Source of the DNA: Alphaproteobacteria bacterium
Lineage (GTDB): Bacteria > Pseudomonadota > Alphaproteobacteria > Rs-D84
Reading direction: 5' to 3'
Assembly: GCA_031549365.1 (NCBI GenBank)
Contig: JAVBPX010000003.1
Coordinates: forward strand, 8,703-72,702
Length of the DNA: 64,000 nucleotides
Below, piece after piece: positions 31,271 to 41,387 of the stretch. Position numbers and translations under genes: made by a program. Numbering within the stretch: the first letter of the stretch is position 1; each line of letters begins with the position of its first letter. The notes below the pieces were generated by a model. The model was not told the DNA's origin. It did no database searches and saw nothing but the letters and a program-made list of their open reading frames with translations.

Positions 31271-33904
31271 ATGTTGTGGATTAAAATGTTGGGCAAAATC
31301 ATTGGATCGGCCAATGATCGTGAAATTAAAACTTATTCAAAAACTGTTTCATTAATTAACGATTTGGAACCAAAATATCATGCTATGCAGGATGATGAAT
31401 TACGTCATCAAACTGAAATATTTCGCGAACGTTTGAAAAATGGTGAAACCGAAATGGATATTTTACCGGATGCTTTTGCCGCTGTGCGCGAGGCGTCAAT
31501 CAGATCATTGGGAATGCGTCATTTTGATGTACAATTAATCGGTGGTATGGTTTTGGTTGATGGCAAAATTGCTGAAATGAAAACCGGCGAAGGAAAAACA
31601 TTAGTTGCAACATTGGCGATGTATTTAAAGGCTTTGTCTGGCCAAGGCACACACCTGGTTACCGTAAATGATTATTTGGCGGCACGCGATGCCGAATGGA
31701 TGGGTAAATTATACAAATTTATGGGATTGAGTGTCGGGATTATTCAACATGACATGAACGATGATGAACGCCGCAATGCGTATGCGTGCGATATTACGTA
31801 TGTTACAAATTCAGAATTGGGATTTGATTATTTGCGTGATAATATGAAATTTTCAGTTGAACAACAAGTTTTGCGTCCTATGCACTTTGCAATCGTTGAC
31901 GAAGTCGATTCTATTTTAATTGACGAAGCGCGCACACCATTAATTATTTCAGGCCCGGCCGAGGATTCATCAGGACTATATATGTCAATTGATAATGTTG
32001 TTAAACAATTAAAGCCTGAACATTACAAAAAGGACGAAAAAGACCGCCATGTTACATTAACCGAAGAAGGCGTCGATTTCATTCAACAGATTTTAATCAA
32101 CGAAAAATTAATCGAAGGAAACAATCTGTATGATTCTATCAATTCGTCCGTTGTTAATCATATTCAGCAATCATTATTGGCGCATTTAATGTATCAAAAA
32201 GATGTTAATTATGTTGTGCGTTCGGGCCAAGTTATGATTGTTGATGAATTCACAGGTCGCGTACTAGAAGGTCGCCGCTTTTCCCGCGGATTGCACCAAG
32301 CGCTGGAAGCCAAAGAACACGTTGAAATTCAGCCAGAAAATCAAACGATGTCATCCATTTCATACCAAAATTTATTCCGAATTTATCCAAAATTATCAGG
32401 AATGACTGGTACCGCCATGACCGAGGCGACAGAATTCGAAGAAATTTATAAATTACAAACTGTATCAATCCCAACAAATCGCCCGGTTTCGCGAATCGAT
32501 CATCATGACGAAATTTATCGCACTCGCGATGAAAAATATGATGCAATTTTAAATGTGATTTCCGATTGTCAAAAACGCGGTCAGCCTGTTTTGGTTGGAA
32601 CAATCACGATTGAAAAATCCGAAGAATTGGCACAATTGATTGAAAAAAAATTAAAATTAAAGCCCGCTGTTTTGAACGCAAAACAGCACGAACGCGAGGG
32701 TCGAATCATCGCCCAAGCCGGTCAACCCGGCGCTTTGACAATTGCGACCAACATGGCTGGCCGCGGAACCGATATTAAATTGGGTGGAAGCGCCGAAGAT
32801 TTAATCGCAGATTTGGACGCGTCAGACAAAGATTTCGAAAAGAAAAAAGCCGCAATTTATGATCGCGTCGAAGCCGATAAAATTCGCGTTTTGGATGCCG
32901 GCGGACTATATGTAATTGGAACCGAACGTCATGAATCGCGCAGAATTGATAATCAGTTACGCGGTCGTTCAGGACGCCAAGGGGATCCAGGAAATTCCAA
33001 ATTTTTCCTGTCATTACAGGATGATTTAATGCGAATTTTTGGCGCTTCTCGATTGGATTCAATGTTGGTTACATTGGGATTAAAACCGGGAGAGGCCATT
33101 ATTCATCCCTGGATTTCCAAGGCTTTGGCCAAAGCACAAAAACGTGTCGAAGAAAGACATTTCGAAGCCCGCAAAGAATTATTAAAATATGACAATGTTA
33201 TGAATGAACAACGCTTGGTTGTTTACAAACAACGTCATGAATTAATGACGAATACAGATTTACATGATTTCATAATTGACATTACAACAGATGTTGTTGA
33301 ACAAATTGCAGAAACAAATATTCCTGAAAAATCAACAACCGAAGATTGGAATATCGATCGTATGCGCGAACAAATGTTGATGACTTTTGGTTTGAATATC
33401 ACAGACATGGACAAATGGCGTAACGACCCCGAAATCACAGATGTCAAAGCATTCCAAGCATTGCATGGATTGGCTCGCGATCGATATGATGCCCAACGCA
33501 AACGTTATGGAAATGAATTAATGCACCAAGCAGAACGTCAGGTTACATTACATGCATTGGATACATGCTGGAAAAAACATTTGCAGAATATGGATCATTT
33601 ACAGGCTGGGATTGGGCTCCGCGGGTACGGGCAAAAAAATCCATTGAATGAATACAAAAAAGAAGCTTTTGAATTATTTGCTGAAATGATGTACCATTTC
33701 AAAGTAATGGCGTTGACTTATATTTGTCGTTTGGAATTGTCCCGCGATGATTTGGATGCAATGAAACGCGACCAAGAACAACATGACGAAAATTTGAACG
33801 AAGCCGATGTGGCCGAAAACCAGGGCACAAAAGTTTCCAGAAACGACCAATGTCCATGTGGATCTGGGAAAAAGTATAAACATTGCTGTGGCAAATTGGT
33901 ATAA
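31271..33904 (+). CDS. secA: preprotein translocase ATPase SecA
   Basis: 877 aa starting MLWIKMLGKIIGSANDR, with a C-terminal zinc-binding CPCGSGKKYKHCCG. Confidence 0.92.
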   Translation: MLWIKMLGKIIGSANDREIKTYSKTVSLINDLEPKYHAMQDDELRHQTEIFRERLKNGETEMDILPDAFAAVREASIRSLGMRHFDVQLIGGMVLVDGKIAEMKTGEGKTLVATLAMYLKALSGQGTHLVTVNDYLAARDAEWMGKLYKFMGLSVGIIQHDMNDDERRNAYACDITYVTNSELGFDYLRDNMKFSVEQQVLRPMHFAIVDEVDSILIDEARTPLIISGPAEDSSGLYMSIDNVVKQLKPEHYKKDEKDRHVTLTEEGVDFIQQILINEKLIEGNNLYDSINSSVVNHIQQSLLAHLMYQKDVNYVVRSGQVMIVDEFTGRVLEGRRFSRGLHQALEAKEHVEIQPENQTMSSISYQNLFRIYPKLSGMTGTAMTEATEFEEIYKLQTVSIPTNRPVSRIDHHDEIYRTRDEKYDAILNVISDCQKRGQPVLVGTITIEKSEELAQLIEKKLKLKPAVLNAKQHEREGRIIAQAGQPGALTIATNMAGRGTDIKLGGSAEDLIADLDASDKDFEKKKAAIYDRVEADKIRVLDAGGLYVIGTERHESRRIDNQLRGRSGRQGDPGNSKFFLSLQDDLMRIFGASRLDSMLVTLGLKPGEAIIHPWISKALAKAQKRVEERHFEARKELLKYDNVMNEQRLVVYKQRHELMTNTDLHDFIIDITTDVVEQIAETNIPEKSTTEDWNIDRMREQMLMTFGLNITDMDKWRNDPEITDVKAFQALHGLARDRYDAQRKRYGNELMHQAERQVTLHALDTCWKKHLQNMDHLQAGIGLRGYGQKNPLNEYKKEAFELFAEMMYHFKVMALTYICRLELSRDDLDAMKRDQEQHDENLNEADVAENQGTKVSRNDQCPCGSGKKYKHCCGKLV

Positions 33905-33918
33905 AGGGGGAAATTTAA

Positions 33919-36900
33919 ATGGATGCGCGTTTTGTACATTTGCGATTACATTCCGCGTATTCGTTATCCGAAGGTGCTATTTTTGTAAAAAAAATTCCGG
34001 ATTTATGCCAAAAAATGGGCATGCCCGCGATTGCAATTACAGATACAAATGCTTTGTTTGGCGCCCCCCTATTTTCAGTTGAATGTAAAAAAAATAAAAT
34101 TCAGCCAATTATTGGTATTACTATTTCTTTTAATCAACACGATGTGTCAGTTACAAATAATTTGCGGCAAAATCAATTGTCCAAAATTGTTTTGCTAACC
34201 ATGAACGAAGATGGATTTCAAAATTTATCCAAATTAATCACTGACGCGTATTTGAGAATCGACAATTTGCATTTGGGCCCATATATTACATTTGATGAAT
34301 TGGCGACGAATAATTCTGGGTTAATTTGTTTATCCGGCGGCGTTAACGGACCAATTGGAATGGCTTTATTAAATAACCAACCCGATTTGGCACGCGATTT
34401 TTCAAAACGTTTTGCTGATATGTTTTCAGACCGTTTTTATATGGAAATTCAACGACATGCAACCGATGATGAAATTAAAACCGAATCAGATTTTTTGGAT
34501 TTGGCGTATGATTTAAATATTCCTGTGGTTGCTACGAACGATGTATATTTCCCAAATGTGGACGCTTTCGAAGCGCATGACGCGCTGTTATGCATTGCGG
34601 CCGGGACCAAGGTAATTGACCCGGATCGTCGTCGCGAAACACCCGAACATTATTTTAAATCCGTGGATGAAATGTGTGAATTGTTTTCGGATTTACCCGA
34701 AGCAATTAATAACACCGTAAACATCGCCAAACGTTGTACATACGTTGTTCCAAATCGCCCACCATTATTACCAAAATTTGCAGAATCGTTCGATCGCGAA
34801 ATTGAAATTTTACGTGAAAAAACAATGACTGGATTGATCGGCCGATTGAACGCTGAAAAAATTCCACAAGATGAACGCCAACAATATTTTGATCAGGCTG
34901 AATTTGAATTATCAGTTATTATTCGAATGAAGTTTCCAGGGTATTTTTTAATTGTTGCCGACTTTATACAATGGTCCAAAGACAATGATATTTTGGTCGG
35001 TCCTGGTCGTGGTTCGGGCGCTGGTTCAGTTGTCGCGTGGTCATTAAATATTACAAATGTTAACCCTTTGCGATATGGATTGTTGTTCGAAAGATTTTTA
35101 AATCCAGATCGTATTTCCATGCCCGACTTTGATATTGATTTCGATCCAGATGGCCGCGATCGCGTGGTTGATTATGTACAAAAAAAATACGGCACGGATC
35201 GGGTTTCGCAAATTATAACTTTTGGTTCATTATTGTCGCGCGGAACGATACGTGATGTTGGTCGCGTGTTTGGAATGCCTTATGGTAAAATGGACAGGCT
35301 GGCCAAATTAATTCCGTCTGGCCCTGGCGCGCCCGGATTACGCGACGCAATTGATCAATCAATTGATATCCAAGAGATGTTGGACGCGGATTCCGATTTG
35401 AAAAAAGTTGCCGAAATTTCCACACAATTGGAGGGGTTATTCCGCCATGCCGGCGTTCACGCGGCGGGTGTTATTATTGGCGATCGGCCATTGGTTGAAT
35501 TGGCCCCACTGTACAAGGATCCATCAAACGAATTACCTGCAACCCAATACGATTTAAAATTCGTCGAAGACGTTGGTTTAATCAAGTTCGACTTTTTGGG
35601 ATTGAAAACTTTGTCCGTTATAAAAAAGGCTTGTTCTCTGATTGCGGAATCACGCGGAATAAAAATTGATATTGATAAAATTCCATTGGACGATTCAGAA
35701 ACATTTAAATTATTAAAATTTGGCAAAACTGTTGGTGTGTTCCAATTGGAAAGTTCCGGCATGCGTCAGGTTTTGGCACAAATGCAGCCAACATTATTCG
35801 AAGAAATCGTTGCCGTTGTTGCGTTGTATCGCCCGGGGCCTATGGCCAGCATTCCGGATTATATTGAGCGCAAACACGGTCGGTCCAAAGTTGAATATGT
35901 TCATCCGTTGGCCGAACCGGCCCTGAAAGAAACATATGGCGTTATTGTGTATCAAGAACAAGTCATGGAAATATCCAAACGCTTGGCTGGATTTACCCCT
36001 GGTATGGCGGATACATTGCGCAAAGCAATGGGTAAAAAAATCAAGGCCGTTATGGACGATTTACGTGTCAAATTTGTCGAAGGTTGTCAAACAAATTCAG
36101 GCATGACCGAAACTGATTCGAACCATTTATATGATGTGTTTGTAAAATTTGCCGAATATGCTTTTAATAAATCCCATTCTGTATGCTATGCCGTTATTTC
36201 AATGCAGACAGCGTATTTAAAGGCAAATTTTCCAGCCGAATTTTTTGCAGCTTCGATGAGTTACGATTTGGCAGATTCCGACAAACTGGCATTATTTATT
36301 GATGATGCAACATCAAATTTTCGTTTGGAAATCGTTGCCCCAGATATTAATAAATCCGGTGCCAGATTTCGTGTTCGCGATAATAAAATTTTGTATGCGT
36401 TGGCCGCAATCAAGGGTATCGGAGTATCTGCTGTAATCCCAATTGTTCGTGAACGCGACGAAAACGGATCATTTAAAAACATAACCGATTTTGCGACACG
36501 TTGTTCCGGGATGTTAAACAAACGCGTATTGGAAGCATTAATCAAAGCCGGCGCAATGGATTCATTATGCCGCGACCGCGCATTACTGTACCAAAATATG
36601 GATGCTATTATTGGATTTGCAGATAAAAATAAATCCAAATGCGGAAAACAAATTTCATTATTTGAAATGACAGATGCAGATGATGTTGGCGACGACAGAT
36701 TAATGTTAAATTTACCACGCACAACACCGTGGACTTTTGGCGAACGCTTGAAACATGAACACAGCGTTTTGGGATTTTATATTTCCGCGCATCCGCTGGA
36801 TCAGTATCGTGAATTAATGGATCGCGATGGATTGGCATGTTCAACCATGTTAAAACAAAAGGCTGACGGGTCAATAGTTCGAATCGCAATGTGCGTTGAT

Positions 36901-37344
36901 AATGTGAACAAACGCACCACGCGCGCAGGCAAACCAATGGTTATAGTTACAGGATCCGATCATGTTGGATCGATTGATGCGGTTGCGTTTGGATTTTCAG
37001 TTGATACTGTTTATAAAACCGCAACATCTGAATCTGCAATTGTTTTAACGGCCAAAGTTTCACAACGCGACGATTCAACATCATTAATGGTCAATGCGAT
37101 CCAACCATTATCCGAATGGGTTGCGTCTTCTGCACATAAAATTGTTTTGGATGTTCATAATCAAAATGCTTTGGCTGATTTAAAAATGGTATTGGATAAT
37201 TTGCCATCTGGCCTCACAAAAATTCACATGAATTTATATTCAAATGGCAAAGTTACATCGATTATATTGCCGCGCTCGGTCCAATTGGATGGCGCATCGA
37301 TTTTAAAATTAAACGAATTGGTTACCCGGGTTTCTATAACTTGA
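33919..37344 (+). CDS. dnaE: DNA polymerase III alpha subunit
   Basis: 1141 aa with a PHP domain (VHLRLHSAYSLSEGA), a polymerase core and an OB fold. Confidence 0.92.
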   Translation: MDARFVHLRLHSAYSLSEGAIFVKKIPDLCQKMGMPAIAITDTNALFGAPLFSVECKKNKIQPIIGITISFNQHDVSVTNNLRQNQLSKIVLLTMNEDGFQNLSKLITDAYLRIDNLHLGPYITFDELATNNSGLICLSGGVNGPIGMALLNNQPDLARDFSKRFADMFSDRFYMEIQRHATDDEIKTESDFLDLAYDLNIPVVATNDVYFPNVDAFEAHDALLCIAAGTKVIDPDRRRETPEHYFKSVDEMCELFSDLPEAINNTVNIAKRCTYVVPNRPPLLPKFAESFDREIEILREKTMTGLIGRLNAEKIPQDERQQYFDQAEFELSVIIRMKFPGYFLIVADFIQWSKDNDILVGPGRGSGAGSVVAWSLNITNVNPLRYGLLFERFLNPDRISMPDFDIDFDPDGRDRVVDYVQKKYGTDRVSQIITFGSLLSRGTIRDVGRVFGMPYGKMDRLAKLIPSGPGAPGLRDAIDQSIDIQEMLDADSDLKKVAEISTQLEGLFRHAGVHAAGVIIGDRPLVELAPLYKDPSNELPATQYDLKFVEDVGLIKFDFLGLKTLSVIKKACSLIAESRGIKIDIDKIPLDDSETFKLLKFGKTVGVFQLESSGMRQVLAQMQPTLFEEIVAVVALYRPGPMASIPDYIERKHGRSKVEYVHPLAEPALKETYGVIVYQEQVMEISKRLAGFTPGMADTLRKAMGKKIKAVMDDLRVKFVEGCQTNSGMTETDSNHLYDVFVKFAEYAFNKSHSVCYAVISMQTAYLKANFPAEFFAASMSYDLADSDKLALFIDDATSNFRLEIVAPDINKSGARFRVRDNKILYALAAIKGIGVSAVIPIVRERDENGSFKNITDFATRCSGMLNKRVLEALIKAGAMDSLCRDRALLYQNMDAIIGFADKNKSKCGKQISLFEMTDADDVGDDRLMLNLPRTTPWTFGERLKHEHSVLGFYISAHPLDQYRELMDRDGLACSTMLKQKADGSIVRIAMCVDNVNKRTTRAGKPMVIVTGSDHVGSIDAVAFGFSVDTVYKTATSESAIVLTAKVSQRDDSTSLMVNAIQPLSEWVASSAHKIVLDVHNQNALADLKMVLDNLPSGLTKIHMNLYSNGKVTSIILPRSVQLDGASILKLNELVTRVSIT

Positions 37345-37361
37345 ACCGCCCGCGCCGAATT

Positions 37362-37394
37362 TAAAAAATCCCGGAATATCCCGGGATTTTTATT
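37362..37394. terminator. bidirectional terminator between dnaE and rpoZ
   Basis: aaaaaatcccgg-aatat-ccgggattttt. Confidence 0.65.
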
Positions 37395-37410
37395 AAATAT
37401 TTGAAATATT

Positions 37411-37791
37411 TTATTCTGCTTCGGGCGCTGGCGCAACTTCGGCTTCGTCGTTAACAATTTCAGCCTCGATAATTTCTGGGGCAACATTGTCCGCCAATTC
37501 AGCATCAATTTCTTTTAATAATGGATCTTCTACTTCGGTTTCTTCGATTGCATTGAAATCGATTTTTCCCAATGATTTATAGCTTTGAATTAATTCGTCG
37601 CGCAATGCATTTGCATCCAATTTCCCAGATGCAATTTCACGCAATGCTATAACGATTCTTTTATCGTCACGGGTTGGAACAACCGGTTCGGTCCCAGCAG
37701 TTAAATCGCGGACACGTTGTCCCGCCAATAAATTTAATTCGTATTTGTCATCAACATATTTCATACAATCGGATATAGTTGTGCGTGCCAT
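37411..37791 (-). CDS. rpoZ: RNA polymerase omega subunit with an acidic C-terminal tail
   Basis: MARTTISDCMKYVDDKYELNLLAGQRVRDL... is omega-like. The start is taken at the internal MARTT rather than the longer ORF-track start. Confidence 0.75.
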   Translation of the reverse strand: MARTTISDCMKYVDDKYELNLLAGQRVRDLTAGTEPVVPTRDDKRIVIALREIASGKLDANALRDELIQSYKSLGKIDFNAIEETEVEDPLLKEIDAELADNVAPEIIEAEIVNDEAEVAPAPEAE

Positions 37792-37856
37792 GGTTTTATT
37801 CCTTTCAGTCTTGCAAAATGATTTTGTCGTGTTATGATGCGGTAAAGGATTTGAAA

Positions 37857-39113
37857 ATGCAAGAAAAAAATGTAAAAATGGCGGTTTTTGGCTGTCGATT
37901 GAACAGTTTCGAAGCTGAAAAAATACGAACAATTGTATCAAATGCGAATTTTGATGATGTGATTGTATTTAATACTTGCGCCGTCACGGCCGAGGCTGAA
38001 CGCCAGGCTCGCCAATCCGTGCGCCGAGCATATCGCGAAAATCCGAACCGAAAAATCATTGTTGTTGGGTGCGCAGCATCGGCCAATGCCGAATTATTTG
38101 CAAATTTACCCGGTGTAATCAAGGTCATAGGGAATCGTGATAAATTTGATATAAATGCATATACCTGTTCCAATGTTATCGTTAATAATCCGATGGCTTT
38201 TGATGAATCTGCGCCAATGCATTTGGATACAATGGTTGAACATTTTGAAAAATTAACCCGCGGTTTCGTCCAAATTCAACAAGGATGCGATCATGCATGC
38301 ACGTTTTGTCTGGTGCGAAAGTTACGTGGGGCAAATAAATCATTCCCATATGAACATATTAGGGCCCAGGCTGAAATTCTGGTCAATCACGGATATCATG
38401 AAATTGTTTTAACTGGTGTGGATATTGCAGGATACCGCGATAATGATGGAGGATTGATATCGTTGGTTAAAAAATTACTAAACGATATTAATGGAATTAA
38501 ACGCATTCGTTTATCATCATTGGATCCCGCATTGGATTGGCGCGAATTGGTTGATTTAATGAATAATGATGATCGTGTTATGCCACACATTCATTTGTCA
38601 ATGCAATCTGGGGCTGATCCAATTTTACGGATGATGGGACGCCGCCATTTGGTCGAACACGTTCGAAAATTGGTAAACTATGCAAATTCGGGTGCACGCG
38701 AAATAACATTTGGATGGGATATGATTACTGGATTTCCGGGTGAATCGAACGAATTATTTTTGGATACACAAAATTTGGTTCGCGAATTAAAACCAACGCA
38801 TTTACATTTGTTTCCATATTCCCCCCGCCCTGGGACCCCGGCCGCGTCCATGACGAACGCCATTCCGAAACACGTGGCGCGGGAACGCGTTGCCGCATTG
38901 AACGAAATTGGACAACGCAATTTATTAAACCATATGATGAAACAAGTTGGAAAAACAGTTGAAATTTTGGTAGAAGACAATGGCGTTGGATACACCCCAA
39001 ATTATGTCCCTGTGAAATTAAACAATCGCCCAACCCCATTTTCAATATTAAATGCTGAATTGACGGATATTGATCATGAAAATATACGGTTCATTGGAAA
39101 TGCCAAAGATTGA
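37857..39113 (+). CDS. MiaB-family radical-SAM methylthiotransferase (MtaB/RimO-like)
   Basis: MAVFGCRLNSFEAE is an MTTase N-terminal domain. CDHACTFC is a radical-SAM CxxxCxxC. There is a C-terminal TRAM-like region. Start is the ATG at 37857. Confidence 0.8.
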   Translation: MQEKNVKMAVFGCRLNSFEAEKIRTIVSNANFDDVIVFNTCAVTAEAERQARQSVRRAYRENPNRKIIVVGCAASANAELFANLPGVIKVIGNRDKFDINAYTCSNVIVNNPMAFDESAPMHLDTMVEHFEKLTRGFVQIQQGCDHACTFCLVRKLRGANKSFPYEHIRAQAEILVNHGYHEIVLTGVDIAGYRDNDGGLISLVKKLLNDINGIKRIRLSSLDPALDWRELVDLMNNDDRVMPHIHLSMQSGADPILRMMGRRHLVEHVRKLVNYANSGAREITFGWDMITGFPGESNELFLDTQNLVRELKPTHLHLFPYSPRPGTPAASMTNAIPKHVARERVAALNEIGQRNLLNHMMKQVGKTVEILVEDNGVGYTPNYVPVKLNNRPTPFSILNAELTDIDHENIRFIGNAKD

Positions 39114-39873
39114 TAAAAATTTATCATCAAAAATATCCCCCTCGCCCCTTGCGGGAGAGGGTCGGGGTGAGGGGTCGCACAGAAAATACGATATCAAAAC
39201 GAAGACTTTTGCAAGAAATTTAAGAAAAAATCAAACAGATGTAGAAATAAAATTATGGTCAGTATTGCGAAATAATAATTTTAAAGATTTTAAATTTCGC
39301 CGACAATTTCAAATTGACAATAAATACATAGCCGATTTTGTTTGTTTGGAAAAAAGGTTAATCATTGAACTTGATGGCGGGCAACATTCAGAAAGCAATC
39401 ATGATAAAATACGAACAAAATATATAAACAAACAAAATTTTAAAATTTTACGATTTTGGAATAATGAAATTAATAAAAATATGGATGGATGCCTGGCCGC
39501 GATTATGAATGAATTGTTAAAAAACCCTCACCCTGACCCTCTCCCGCAAGGGACGAGGGAACATATTGAATCTAGAAAACAATTTAAACGCAACATCGAA
39601 AATTTTATTTGCAAACATTGCGGCACATCGGTCGTTGGCAACGGATACACAAATCATTGTCCAAAATGTTTATACAGTTTGGATGTCGATATTAACCCGG
39701 GCGATCGAGCATCAAATTGCGGTGGGTTGATGAAGCCGATTGGGATTACAGTACGTGGGGATGATTACATAATTCATCATAAATGTGTAAAGTGTGGCAA
39801 AGAACGGCCAAATAAATCATCTCCAAACGATGATATGAATGCAATAATAAAAATATCAAAACAAGAAATTTAA
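39076..39873 (+). CDS. fusion ORF: DUF559 (Vsr-like endonuclease fold) module joined in frame to an RNHCP zinc-ribbon domain
   Basis: The DUF559-like core is ..RNLRKNQTDVEIKLWSVLRNNNFKDFKFRRQFQIDNKYIADFVCLEKRLIIELDGGQHS..ILRFWNNEI. The RNHCP part is FICKHCGTSVVGNGYTNHCPKCLYSLDVDINPGDRASNCGGLMKPIG. The two are joined through translated hairpin repeats. Confidence 0.6.
   Translation: MKIYGSLEMPKIDKNLSSKISPSPLAGEGRGEGSHRKYDIKTKTFARNLRKNQTDVEIKLWSVLRNNNFKDFKFRRQFQIDNKYIADFVCLEKRLIIELDGGQHSESNHDKIRTKYINKQNFKILRFWNNEINKNMDGCLAAIMNELLKNPHPDPLPQGTREHIESRKQFKRNIENFICKHCGTSVVGNGYTNHCPKCLYSLDVDINPGDRASNCGGLMKPIGITVRGDDYIIHHKCVKCGKERPNKSSPNDDMNAIIKISKQEI
39137..39174. repeat. 38-bp GC-rich hairpin element (left inverted repeat flanking the DUF559 module)
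   Basis: cccctcgcccc-ttgcgggagagggtc-ggggtgagggg. It is a perfect inverted partner of 39525-39562. Confidence 0.8.
39525..39562. repeat. 38-bp GC-rich hairpin element (right inverted repeat)
   Basis: Its reverse complement is gttccctcgtCCCTTGCGGGAGAGGGTCaGGGTGAGGG. This matches the left copy over about 28 nt with one mismatch. Confidence 0.8.
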
Positions 39874-39895
39874 AAAACCAGCGCGAATACTGGGC

Positions 39896-39923
39896 AATAA
39901 AAAATCCCCCGATTTGGGGGATA
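39896..39923 (-). terminator. rho-independent terminator for rpsU
   Basis: aaaaaaatccccc-gattt-gggggat. The T-run is on the minus strand. Confidence 0.6.
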
Positions 39924-39927
39924 AATA

Positions 39928-40134
39928 TTAGAATCCGAAAACCATTTTTTGTTTTGATTGACGTTTCTTTTCACGACGGACAGCTTCCGCGCCCAAGCGT
40001 TTTTTTGCTTCGGTTGGGGTTTCGTGGCGTTGACGTTCCTTCATTTCGCGATACAGTCCTTCCTTTTGCGCTTTACGTTTTGCAACACGCAATGCTTGTT
40101 CAACGTTGTTATCACGAACAGACACTTTTACCAT
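39928..40134 (-). CDS. rpsU: 30S ribosomal protein S21
   Basis: MVKVSVRDNNVEQALRVAKRKAQKEGLYREMKERQRHETPTEAKKR... Confidence 0.9.
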   Translation of the reverse strand: MVKVSVRDNNVEQALRVAKRKAQKEGLYREMKERQRHETPTEAKKRLGAEAVRREKKRQSKQKMVFGF

Positions 40135-40300
40135 TTAAATACACCCCCTTTTTGAAACGTTTGATGGTTAAACAGGCCCGTATTATGAACATATTCCATT
40201 GAAATAGCAAGAAATAATTTAAAAAATAAAATCGGATTGCCGGCCATGCTGATTTTTGCTATAATGCATCGGCATTTTAAATCACACAAAGGAGTATTAA

Positions 40301-41314
40301 ATGGCAAAAAAAATTCGCGTTGCAATTAACGGATTTGGTCGTATTGGACGCTTGGTATTACGCGCAGCATTGGAATCCGGACGATCGGACATTGAATTCG
40401 TTGCAATTAACGATTTGGCACCAGTGAATGTATCGGCCCATTTGTTGGAATATGATTCGGTTCATCGTCATTTGGATAAAAAGATTAAATTCGGCAAAGA
40501 CTTCATTGAAATTGATGGAAAAAAAATCCCGGTGTTTGCGGAACGCGATCCGAAAATGTTGCCTTGGAAAAAATTAAATGTTGATATCGTTATGGAATGT
40601 ACCGGCATATTTACCGCCGCAGACAAAGCGCGAGTTCATTTGGATGCCGGCGCAAAACGAGTATTGGTATCGGCCCCATCCGATGGCGCAGACGCCACTA
40701 TCGTATACGGCGTTAATGAAAAAACTTTGAAAAAATCACATAAAATTATTTCAAATGCTTCGTGTACAACAAATTGTTTGGCCCCGATTGCATCCGTGTT
40801 GGATGAAAAATTCGGAATTGTTTCCGGATATATGACAACATGCCATGCTTATACCGGCGACCAACGTTTGGTTGATACTGAACATCGCGATTTACGCCGC
40901 GCACGCGCAGCCGCCATGTCAATGATTCCATCGTCAACGGGCGCTGCCAAGGCGATCGGTTTGGTATTACCAAAATTGGCCGGCAAATTGGACGGAACAT
41001 CAATCCGCGTTCCAACACCGGACGTATCTGTTGTTGAACTGGTCGTTTCGTTAAAAAAGAAAACAACCGAATCCGAAGTAAATATCGCAATGGATGCGGC
41101 CGCAAAAAAACAATTGAAAAACATTTTGGGATACAATCAACACCAATTGGTATCGATTGATTTCACACACGATCCACGCAGTTCAATTTTTGATGCAACC
41201 CAAACCAAAGTAATTGGCGGTAATTTGTTGCATGTAACCGCCTGGTACGATAACGAATGGGGATTTTCAAACCGCATGTGCGACACCGCTGTTGCGATTG
41301 GCAAATTGATTTAA
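40301..41314 (+). CDS. gap: glyceraldehyde-3-phosphate dehydrogenase
   Basis: INGFGRIGR, ASCTTNCLAP with the catalytic Cys, and WYDNEWGFS. Confidence 0.92.
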   Translation: MAKKIRVAINGFGRIGRLVLRAALESGRSDIEFVAINDLAPVNVSAHLLEYDSVHRHLDKKIKFGKDFIEIDGKKIPVFAERDPKMLPWKKLNVDIVMECTGIFTAADKARVHLDAGAKRVLVSAPSDGADATIVYGVNEKTLKKSHKIISNASCTTNCLAPIASVLDEKFGIVSGYMTTCHAYTGDQRLVDTEHRDLRRARAAAMSMIPSSTGAAKAIGLVLPKLAGKLDGTSIRVPTPDVSVVELVVSLKKKTTESEVNIAMDAAAKKQLKNILGYNQHQLVSIDFTHDPRSSIFDATQTKVIGGNLLHVTAWYDNEWGFSNRMCDTAVAIGKLI

Positions 41315-41326
41315 TTCGATTTAAAC

Positions 41327-41356
41327 CCTGCCCCGTATAACGCGGGGCTTTTTTAT
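41327..41356 (+). terminator. terminator after gap
   Basis: gccccg-tataac-gcggggc followed by tttttt. Confidence 0.6.
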
Positions 41357-41387
41357 GTAGTATATTCTTATTGACAATACTTTTCGT

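Noticed and set aside
30741-31284. Plus-strand ORFs of 148 aa and 125 aa.
   Set aside because: They lie entirely over the rnpB RNase P RNA gene. The open frames are a by-product of its GC richness.
39137-39174. Considered whether the first GC hairpin is simply the mtaB terminator.
   Set aside because: No T-tract follows it. An almost identical inverted copy lies 350 bp downstream, flanking a DUF559 domain. A repeat-element interpretation fits better.
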